From the NCBI GenBank assembly GCA_043228905.1, contig JBHGNT010000011.1, positions 4,650,001 to 4,714,000 of the forward strand: a DNA stretch of 64,000 nt, written 5' to 3'. The DNA is from Azolla caroliniana (Eukaryota; Plantae; Polypodiophyta). Position 1 is the first letter of the stretch. Every line of letters starts with the position of its first letter. Positions 24,403 to 35,200 of the stretch are shown here, piece after piece. A program made the translations under genes and the position numbers. A model generated the notes under the pieces. It was given only the letters and a program-made list of their open reading frames with translations, was not told the origin of the DNA and did no database searches.

Positions 24403-27358
24403 TCAATCTATAAGCAAATCTGGCACACTAGGCTCTTTAGGCGCTGATTGTTCTAGACTATTCTCGTTTGTGTCATCTCCATGCTCTCCTGAATCTGATG
24501 TATGTTCAAATTGTGTTACATCTTCTAGGTCAACAAGCTCCCCTACTTCATCAATAGGTTCCATTGGTTCTTGTGAAGTCATTTGGAACATCTCTGTCTC
24601 ATTGATGTGCTTAGCTCCGACTTCTTGATCCTGATCTGGACAGTCACAGATTCCTATGATCCTCATTTCGATGAAGTTAACTTGTGCAGGGTCCTTCTCC
24701 AACGCAACACAATTTCGAAACATCTTCAATGCACAAGTTGTTGTAGTACCTAATGGCCGCTTTTTGATAAGGATTCACCATACGCTTATCACCTGAAACA
24801 TGCCTTAATTTTTTTGTGATAGCTGGGCACATGATATAATTTACCATGTTACGCTCGTTGACATGTGCTCTAGCCTTCTTCTTTGTTATTGAATCATAGT
24901 AACCCACACAAAAATGTTCGACCGCACTAACCATTCGATCGCCAGGGCTACATGTAATATTTGTTTTAATCCTACAGAGAAATGAAATCATGTTTTAGAG
25001 GTATGAATGTCAACATATAATAACAAGTATCATAATGATTAAAAACAAACTGTAACACACCAATGCATGTGTTTCAGTGGCATGACAACATGACTTCAGA
25101 GTTGTTGTGACTGACAGTGATTGCCCCATGCTATGGAATATGATTATCCTCCACAAGGGGGCCAATGTCAGTTCGGCGAAATCCTTTACCATCTTCTCGA
25201 TTTGGGGGTACTTGAAAGGCACATCATCATATGTTGATCCCGCAATTTGGAATCCATATGGTATGTGGGCTATCAGCAAAGTGTAGTGCCTTCTCGGTAA
25301 CAGATCGAGCATTTGTGATACTTCCCCATAAAATACACTATAATGTAACTGTTTATAAGGATCGGACCTATGCAAAAAACTCTTCACAGTTTCCGAATCC
25401 TCAGGCAGTTCCATCTCTTTCCCTTTGGTCATTCTCTTCTCATACTTTGCACGTTCTAAGTGTGTGATAAAGGCAGCTGGAATGCTAACATTATTGTTGT
25501 TGGTCTTTTTTTATTTCCATGATTTCTGCAAGTGTCAATGTTGTTAGGAGAGAACATTAGCTTTCAATGTATTAACATTCAAATGACACATACCCATTCT
25601 CTAAAAACAATAAAATATTCCTCCAATGCCTTGTAGGAAGAAGTTATCAGGCATGCTTGCTCCACTTCTTCCCATGTCGGTAAACTCAATTTTTGCATCA
25701 TCAACTCCTGAATCTTCATGTACACCTTGTGACTATACAATAAATAGGAAATTAGAAATTAAAAATCAATAATAATAGAAGAATATCCTGAAACATTGTA
25801 TATTATAAACCCTTACTTTTGCAATTCAGTAACCATCTCGTCCAAACTAAAATCCTTGGCAACAACTCGAGATAGCACCGATATTAATAGCCTATCATAT
25901 TTAATACCTTGTAATGACCTCCAAGGTAAAAGTTTCATGTCTTTTGCTAACTCCTCGATTACCAAGTCGCTTTTGCTCTTTGACTTCAATTTGATCTCAA
26001 CTTGTGGATCAATCCTTCCCTTCTTTGACCTCTTTCCGCTCCCACATGCTAAATATTTTTTCCTAGAGATCCCACATCTCTCCGGTCTGAAAGGCTAGTT
26101 GAAACCAAGAATCATATTTTCGTAGCCCTTCTGATTTTGTGCTCTCATCCACTCCAATCCCCACTTCTAGTAAACAGTGGCGACGCAAACCATGCCACAA
26201 CCTTGGGCCAAAACAATTTAATGCATCTAGGTACTCATGATGAAAAAATCTGATCCTTTCAATGCATGACATCTTTTGCCTATAATCATTATCATTGTTA
26301 TGGTCCCATGCTAGTAGCTTCACCTCCTCGTGAGTGAGTCCTACATATACTTTACATTCAGCGTACTTAAAGAAGGGGGTGAGAGGGTATTCTTTCACAA
26401 GCTGTCTATGATCTTCGGCCGAATGCGATCCTCCAATTACATAATATGTATAATCATCAGCAGAGCTATACTTGAAGTCTGCTACTGTTGGACATTGATC
26501 TTGATCGACCATTACTAAAAATGGCATGACAGTAACATGAGGATTAATTTTCATTTTGCTCTTCAAGTTTTGCACATGGACAACGTGCGGCTCTCTAATT
26601 TCTAGGGGACGTCTTCTAGTCAAGGCATCAATTGGAGGCCTCTGGATTGAAGTAATTGGCAAATGAAACAACTGCCCCTTACACACAAGTTTTGTCTTAA
26701 CAATATTTTCTCTTATTTTATTTTGTTCAGACGTCAATACACCGGAAGATAGTTGACCTCCCGGAGCCATGGCGTCGACTTGGTGCTCTGCTTCTTCCTC
26801 CACGAATTCTAAAACCTCTTCATCATCTTCGTCGGGTCGTGGTCCTTTGTTGTATTTCTTATGAACCGGATTTGTCTTTCTAGACTTTTTTGGTGGAGTT
26901 TGTGCTTCACCGCTCATCATTTCTCCTATCACATACGGCCGTAGTGCAACTAATAAGTTGTTCTTCATTTGAATGTCTTTACGTAATGACTTGGGGTTGC
27001 AACATTCTGCTACTAGGTTTCCCTCGTCAAGACGCAATCGTCTAGAGCCAACAGAGCTCGAGACATCGATTAGAATACTCGAAGAATCACTATCTTCATA
27101 TTCTAGCTTGGTTACATCTCCATAGTTAAATGTTTTTCCAAGCTCCAATTTGCCTTTACCGTTTGACTTAGCTGTTATTAAGAGCAGCACCCCATCTTCC
27201 TCAACATAAGAGAGACACCATTCTAACTTTGGGTAATTCTTATATTTAAGTTCAGATGTTCTCTTCCTGGGCCCCACCCTTGTTATTTTTGGTCGTTGCA
27301 ACAGAAAACTTAGATGCTCCATCCCCCGTTGAGTCAAATAGAGTTCTTCTAGAGACAT
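24403..27358 (-). pseudogene. Spliced ParB/Srx-like domain + beta-class N6A/N4C DNA methyltransferase fusion gene
   Basis: ParB-like FLVMV...YYVIGGSHSAE...KVYVGLTHEEVKLLAWDHN (~26290-26670); MTase YTLLIA(H)IPYG (25253-25267), IKTN, VNPYQK, GTTTTCALKMFRNCVALEKDP; GT-AG introns 25733-25816, 25526-25593 and ~24972-25060; stops, frameshifts and loss of FxGxG. Confidence 0.8.
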
Positions 27359-27538
27359 CTTTGACAAAGGAGTCAGAATTACGAACAAGACCATACTATT
27401 TGAACAAAAACGATGGAGAAAGCAGTAAAATAAAGAACAATTAAACGTAAAACACTAAAAATAGTATCAAAATGATGAGAAAACTGTGATGAGGGACATA
27501 AATTTTCTATCTGCAAAACCCTATTTTTTCAATGAAAT

Positions 27539-27912
27539 GCCGATGCAGTGCATCGGATTTTTGTTGAAAGGAGGGACTGTGGTTGAATCAAGGAGGGGGA
27601 AGTCATGTCACAATCCTTAGTAGTGCATGGGATTGTGGTTGAATCAAGGCCTTCAACCACAATCCGATGCAATGCAGTGGATTTTGGTTGAGGGGCACTA
27701 CCTTCCACCAAAATCCGATGCAGTGCATCGGATTGTGGTTGAAAGGAGGGCTATCTTCCACCAAAATGGTTGAAAGGAAGGTTATCTTCCACCAAAATTT
27801 TGGTTGAAAGGAGGGACATTGAACCACAATCTGATGCATTGCATTGGATTTTGGTTGAAGTCCTTGATTCAACCACAATCCCATGCACTACTAAGGATTG
27901 TGACATGACTTC
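27539..27912. repeat. Palindrome array / foldback between the divergent genes
   Basis: Perfect 51 bp inverted repeat 27599-27649 / 27862-27912 (extends imperfectly to ~93 bp) enclosing ~38 bp palindromes CAACCACAATCCGATGCA.TGCATCGGATTGTGGTTG. Confidence 0.9.
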
Positions 27913-28416
27913 TCCTTAACCATCTAGTGAAGTTTAAGTGCATTTTAATTCGATGGTGTGTTTTCTTAACAAAATATTTGGGGATTATTGCTTATTGTGA
28001 AAAGGAATCTTTAAGGCATCTTTTAGAATCTTAAAAAATGTATAGAATATTGCTAACATGGCGATCTTCTTTCCCTTGTTCATGATGCCTGGCGGAGGTA
28101 GTGCTTCGGAGGAAGTGCTTCGGAGTGCTTGAAATTAGTCTGTGCTCTGAGCTCGATGGATTCTTTGTCACGATAATGAAAATGAAATTTGAAACTTCAT
28201 TATATATAAATGTTTTTTTTTAATAAAAATTAATTTTTAATTAATTTATTTTGAAATTTCTCTTCCTAAAAAGTGTTATAGTGTAACCAATAACTCATGT
28301 CTAGTCCTAATAGTTATATAGTAAATATTCAACATTCCTTAATCGTTTCTATAGAGGAGTTCGGTATATAGCCCTTTGATGGTAGTGCCACAGGGTTTGT
28401 CTTGATAGTTTTGAGA

Positions 28417-31087
28417 ATGTCTTCTTCTACAAGTAGAACATCTTTTTTTCTATTGCCCCCTTTTCTTTGTCCAACAACTCGTATTTCTCAATAGAAGAGT
28501 ACGATTACAAGAGACATTCGAACGGCTCGCGTCAAAAACAGAAAAGTGAGGCTCCTAGTAGCTCGAATTCTCTTTTTTCAATTGATCATGTTGATGGCCC
28601 GCTTCATGTAAGCTTAGAAGCAGAAGATACTTCTATAGATAACAGTAGTATTAGTAAACCACTTGCATTTAAAAGAATTCCTCGACAAGTTAGTGAAAAG
28701 AGATTTAATTTTTTATGTTCTGATCGTCAACTTCTTTGCAACTTGAACAAAACATGTTGTGTGAATCTCTGCCTTTGAACTTATGGAAAGTCGAGGTTAT
28801 GTGAAACACGACAAAAATATTTGTCGCTTAATGGGGAAGAGCAGGACACATTTCTTCTTTCGCATATGCAGCTTAAAATGGATCACAACGTAGGGTCTAA
28901 TTCTACGCAGGTTGAATATTTCCTTGGACTATATACTAAGTATCCGCTTTTAAAATCTCTCATAACATTGGAAATATGCGGCTGCAACGAGTTCAAGAGC
29001 GTCTTCTGAAGGGATTGTGGGTACCGTTCGATCGAAATGGTTCTGGATGTAAGGGTCAAATTGGGCAACACGCAATTAGGTGGATGGAAGTATATTTTTC
29101 AAAACAGTGCGACATTATGCCTACGACAAGAAGACTTCATTTGTCAAATAACTTTACTCGAAGGGAAGTTTACCAATCATACAAGGACGACATGTGAGTA
29201 GATGATGCACCTTACATAAAGTATAGACATTTTAATCGATTGTGGAGGTTACAATTTAGTAATGTGTTTATCCCACGAAAGGTATGAATGGGAGTTTGCT
29301 CAATATGTGCAAGTTTAAAAAGTATGGCCAAGGGTGGAAAATCAGATGTAGAGATAAGGAATTAGAAGAACCTATTAAAAGAACATCGTGAAAGTCAAGC
29401 ATTGGAACGTTCTAAGGCTATGCATCACTGACAAAAAGTGTTTCAATCTCCCGAAAAGTATATGTGCATGATTATTGATGGCATGGATCAAAAGAAGACT
29501 TGTTTGCCGCATTTCCAACGACTCCCAAAAGATATTGCAGATGAGTGCCTCATGCAAATGCATCTAGTAGGGTGTTTGACATATTGTCAAACAATAAGGC
29601 CACAAGTATTCTTAACTTATCCTAATCTCCACAATGACCCTAATCTCACTGTCACCGTCATGCACAAAGTATTGCAATCATGGTCAAGCATAGTACCGCG
29701 AGTTCTATACGTGCAACTAAACAACACAACAAGAGAGAATAAAAACTCAATTGTCTTCAGTTATCTAAGCATGGCAGTAGAGAGGGGCATATTTAAAAAG
29801 ATAAAGGTCAACTTCTTATTAGTTGGTCATACCCATGATCACATAGATAAAATGTTTACTAGGTTCTCAAAGAAACTAGCTCGTTGTAATGCTTTCACGC
29901 TTACCACGCTATCAAAATTGATAAGTGAAGCATATACACCAAAGCTTGAAGTACATCACTTGAATGAAGTGTACAACTTTAAACGTTTCTACATGGATGG
30001 TGATGGGACTAAATGTAGGGTGCTTGCACCTCTTAATAATATAAGTTTCAACCATGTCTTCCTCATAAAACAAACCTCGGCCCACCTCAAGATGATGGTA
30101 TTGTTTGCAAAACAATACTCATCTAGTACACAATAGGAGCCCCAAGAAGGTTGTAGGCTCCTACTTCATATCCCAGATGCACCACTGCATGGTGCACATC
30201 AAATGCCATATGATGATCATGAAAATGTGGCACCCAATAGTTCTATTGATGAACAAAGGGCATATTGGTTGCGATGTCTTGAAGACAAACAAAAGAATAT
30301 TGATCGCACCAAGAAGTATGCCGGTGATGAGGATGTTGAATGGTGGGAGATCTTCTTCACCCATCAATGCACGATTTTAGATAATTACATTGCCGGATTT
30401 TGGCCAATCCATAACCCATTCACATGGAATATTGGGGTGACATCAATGATATCACCGACTCATCATCAACCATCGAATAATATAGAGCTTCATAATTTAG
30501 TTCAACCACAACAAAGAGATATTTACGTGGGACCAAGAAAGTCACGTATTGTTGAGGCCAGATGGCAAGGTAATTTGCAAGAACTACAAGTTGGAATGTT
30601 GGTCGCAACATTAGCTGGGGATGATAACTTGGGCCATCCATTTTGGATTGCAAAAATTATTGAATTAGTGAAGGATGACGAAGGCAATCAGACAAAGTCA
30701 ATTGTGGTCCACTGGTATCAGACATCTTCACCTGATGCATTTACAGAAAAGTATTCTTTAGAGATGGTTAAGGATGTCAAATGTTCAAGTAGAAAGAGAA
30801 GAAGAAAGAATATACCGAGCACAACTACTCTCGCACTAGACCGTGTTGACATACTAGTATATGACTTCTCATTAACAAAATCAGGCCATCTAAGACAAGC
30901 CACCATCAAGATAATAAAGGAGAAAATCCCAAATATGGTATCAAACAATATACAGAGACTAACCAGAAACAATTCTCATAACCACAAAGATGTTGGCTTG
31001 GAATTGGACGAAGATAATGCATTGATTGCCACTGATGATGAGGATGAGACGTCAGAATGCTCTTCTAGTCCATCAGACATGTCTTAA
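28417..31087 (+). pseudogene. Sola1-like (DUF7869-type) DDD transposase with C-terminal BAH/PWWP-like domain, decayed
   Basis: N-terminal CC...CL...R..Y..L...EQ; FNRLW...GVCSIC; IIDGMDQ, LYVQL(N)NTTRENKN, FLLVGHTHDHID motifs; 28976-31087 is one frame with 5 in-frame stops; frameshift near 28940. Confidence 0.8.
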
Positions 31088-31409
31088 AATGTTAACTTGG
31101 TTCAAGCTTGGGATCGTTTTACTACATGATCTGAAACTTTGTAAATTACTTTCAGATGTTAAATCAGGAATATGTATAATTATAGCTGGTAGTCATGTTG
31201 TACATTCTTTTGTAATTTTGGCGATGTATATTGTTAGGCATTTTACTTATGTCTCAAAGTGGTAGTCATGTTGAAATTCAATATATTTTGCCACATTTTT
31301 TGAAAAGCTTTACGCATGCGTCACATCTTTTTGTAAACTTCGTGGTTTTGTGCCCTTTTTCGACGTAGTGTTCTTAAAATGTGACATATTACTTGTTTCA
31401 AATGACTTG

Positions 31410-32280
31410 GTGTTCTCTCGTTTCTTCAACCACTTGTCTTTTCCTCCGAATCACATCAATGATCACTTCATGAAATTCCTTCTTCGCGATCCCTAGTACT
31501 TCTCAGAGTGTTAACTCAACTTTACTATCGAGAATCCTTGATTCTAGCACATACTTTAGGTCAGTGGATGTTTCAATGTTGGAGGCGAGTTTCAATGACG
31601 AGGCTATCTTTTGCTTACCTTTGTCTTCTTTCATCGCCTCCACAGCAACTTGTTCCGTTTCTCGTCTCTTTTGTTCTCGGGTCTTGGGTTTTCTAGAAGG
31701 TCCCGATTCTTCAGTTCTTCATTTTTCTTCGACTGTCACCTCGTGGGCATTCACCCCTGCTATCTTGGCGATCGTAGTGAGTGAATCCACTAGGTCATTC
31801 CACCCAATACTACTCCTTATCTCGTCACCAGCCTTTCGTAAGTCCTGTGGCTGGACTCTTTTGTCAGTAGCAGACTTTATCACTTTTCCCCAAAATCCTG
31901 ATCCAATCTGGGGATCATCGACCTTCAATCCGGAAGTAATCGAAAAGTACATTGCCTGAACATTCTTCGACTCTTTGTCCTCCACTTTCTTCATCCCACC
32001 TTTGCCGAAGTTGGTTTTTAGGGGTTGTCGGGTCTCCGAGGAGTGGATTCTCCCATTTTGATAGAAGATAAATTCACCCTTTTCTACTTCATTGGGCTTT
32101 TGTCCAACACCCGAGATTTCACCCTTCTTAAGTTTTGTCAACTTGAGTTGTAGGTCTTGCATTCCCTTTATCAGTTCATCAATCACAGATTCTGGCTCCC
32201 TTCCTTTGCTATCATCTGTTCGAGTTCCTGGTTCTTGTTTTGGATGTTCTTTGGTTGTTGTCTTTATTCTATTGTCATAG
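31410..32280 (-). mobile_element. G-type gypsy gag fragment (copy G2, continues at 43704-44607)
   Basis: FYQNGRIHSSETRQPLKTNFGKGGMKK and KAGDEIR...GW, homologous to 9250-9800. Confidence 0.8.
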
Positions 32281-35200
32281 TGTTAGGAAACAGGTCCCTC
32301 CAGATGGGAAATGAGAAGAACAGTACTGATGAGCAAACTCGACCGAGGCTGAGAACCGGATGTGGAGTACCCGGCAACGGAAGTCCCGGTGAGAACCGGA
32401 TGAGTAGTACCCGGCAAGAGCCGGATGGTGAAGACCCGGTGAGAACCGGATGAGAAGTACTCGGCAAGAGCCGGATGGTGAAGACCCAGTGAGAACCGGA
32501 TGACAAGTGCTCGGCAAGAGCCGGATGATGTAGGCCCGGTGAGGAGTGCTCACCGGATGAAGGGACATATTCATAAATATGTTTCCTGAGAGTCCATCAT
32601 GGCTATATTTGTAAATAGCCGAAAGTCATATTAGTATAAATATGACTTAGGGCAAACTCTTCTTGTTTTGTTGTTGTCATTCTTGTTTGCGCAAGATTAG
32701 AGTGCGTAACTGTGTACAGAGAGAGTGAGAGAGAGGAAGAGGTCGTTGCCTCTGTTGTAACCGCCGCCTGTGGTGAAGATAGAAAGCTCAAGGTTGTTGG
32801 TTCGGTGCTTTACCATTTTGTACATTCTGACATAGTGATAGTTTGCGGTCTGTGGGCTGCCGTGGTTTTTCCCTAGTTTGGGTTTTCCACGTTAACATCC
32901 TGTGTTCTCTTCTCTCCATTGTGTCGTGCATTCATTCCCCATTTTTCTGTGTTTTGATTCTAAGCTCGGTTGTGGCCGAGCGTTGTTCATCGGGAGCATG
33001 TAGTTCCTGGCAAAGTGGTATCAGAGCGAAACAACACAGAAAATGGACGAATCGTTGGGCGGCATGTTCAAGCTCACTGGCTCCAACTATTCGGTGTGGA
33101 AGTCGAAGATGAGGGACATGCTCGTGGTTAAAGACCTCTGGCTGCCGGTTCAGTTCGGGGACAAGAGACCTAACAAAATTGACGCTGCGATGTGGGAGGT
33201 GATGCACATGAAGACAACGGCGTACATACGGTGCTTCATCGACATGAGTCTATACAACAACTTCAATGAAGAGAGGAAGGCTCATGAGCTCTGGGAGAAG
33301 ATCGACATTATGTTTCAGAACAAAAATGTTGTCAATCAGGTTTCGGTATTTCGGAAGCTAGTAAGACTCCGGTACCAAGATGGCTCCAGCATGGCGGAGC
33401 ACATGAATGCCTTCCAGGGGCTCCTCTTGCCGATGAGGTACTAGCACTACTCCTACTCGGTTCCCTCCCAGATAGCTGGGAGACGTTGGTTGTCACCTTG
33501 GGCAACGCCGGGCCGGAAGGGAAACGATTATCCCTAGCAAGAGTGAAGTCGAGCTTGCTAGATGAGGAGGCGCTTCGGAAAGATAAGGATACGAGCTCCG
33601 ACTCTAAAGCGCTCCTTACCGAATCAGAACGCGGAAGACAAAGGAACTGTAGCCCCTAGAACCGGGAAAAGTCGGGGACACGGTCAAAGTCAAGGGGGAG
33701 ACCTACTTGCTTCTATTGCGGCAAGCCGGGACACTTCCAGAAGAACTGTCGGCATTTCCGGAAAGACAAGGAAACCGACGGTACCGATTCGAAGTGGACA
33801 CCGGACTGGAATGGTAAAGACCAGAGGGGGCTGGACCGGAAGGGAACGATGGCAATTGCGGCAAATGAAGAAGAGTTGATGGTCATCACCGAGGAGAGTG
33901 AGATAAACCTTGCCGGCGACGAGATGACCTGGGTGGTCGACTCCGGAGGGTCGTTCCACCTTACCCCGGACTGGAAATGCTTCTCATCCTACTCAGCCGG
34001 TGATCACGGCTGTGTCCGGATGGGGAATGAAGGTACATGCCGAATTGTCGGCATAGGAGACGTGTGGCTGACAACACCAACCGGATGCAAGCTGTTGCTG
34101 AAGGATGTCCGACACGTTCCGGAGGTTCGTCTGAACCTGATATCAGCCGGTCGGCTAGATGATTGAAAACGTAAGTGTTTGCGGAAGCGTAAAACAGAGA
34201 ACAACACAGAGAGAGAGAGAGAGAGATAGAGAGACAGAGAGAGCAGAACTCAATTTCAAAATTATATTAAAACTCTGTACACACACTGTGCTAAGTAGCA
34301 CTATTTATACAAGTCCTCTTGGGACTGACAGAAGTACCATGTACTTCAATGCTCACACGAGCATCTAACACTTACTACAAGACTATAGCTACCTAGTAGT
34401 CTATCCTATACTAGGCTTCCGATTGGACTTCCGGTTACGGATTGCACCCGGCCTCCACTGCTTGCCGGTTCGGTTGCTCACCGTAATACCGATCCGTTTC
34501 GCCCGATCCGTCTCGCTTACCGGCTCCGGCTTATTCAGCTGATCCGGCTCCGGTTGAGCTTGCCGCTCAACACTCCCCCTCAAGCTCAACCTGAGGTGGG
34601 GTCGTAGTGTTGACCTCTGTGGCAGTCGGTTCTTCCAACCGACTTCTCCTGGCGGCACTCCGCCTTGCTCGCGCTCCTCGTCCGGTCCGGTCCAGTTTGC
34701 CGCGACCCCTTTGGTTCTGCGGGCCTCGACCCTCTCGGTCGGCATGTCTGCTGAATAGGCCCTTCTCATCACTCATGTTACTGTGACTCCGGCGCTTGCC
34801 GATCCGTTGGTTCTCCCACGATGGCATCGACTTCCGCTGTGTCCGTGTCCCCTTGGCCTTCAGTCGATCCGACTCATCCGGATCCATCTGTTGATCCGAG
34901 TCAGCTATCTCCGACTCGTTCCAGCTCTTGTCCGAATTGGTACACTCCGATTCTACTTCCGGCTTCAGGCCTCTCACCACATCGGACCACTTCCGAGTCA
35001 TGGCCTTCTCCGTGCTTCCCTCGGCTTCTTCAGCTGGTGAATCGAAATCGAATTCTTCATTCGACTCCGCATCATGGTCAGTACCGTCGTGATGACATCC
35101 GCATTGCATACGCTTCTCTTCCTGAGTGCACAACTCTTCTTCACAGCCGCTTGCTCCGACCTGTTCGGATGTGTCGACTTCCTTCATCTTCTTGTCTCCT

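Larger units (their letters stand above)
24075..31405. mobile_element. Decayed Sola1-like DNA transposon carrying a ParB-methyltransferase cargo gene; ends approximate
   Basis: Divergent transposase (+) and ParB-MTase (-) genes; both flanks are collinear pieces of G-type gypsy (protease on left, gag on right), consistent with insertion. Confidence 0.75.

Noticed and set aside
24403-27394. ParB-MTase as bacterial contamination
   Set aside because: Has spliceosomal GT-AG introns, is decayed, and is embedded among plant retroelements
27539-27912. Palindromic repeats as a CRISPR array
   Set aside because: No unique spacers of constant length, no cas genes, eukaryotic context
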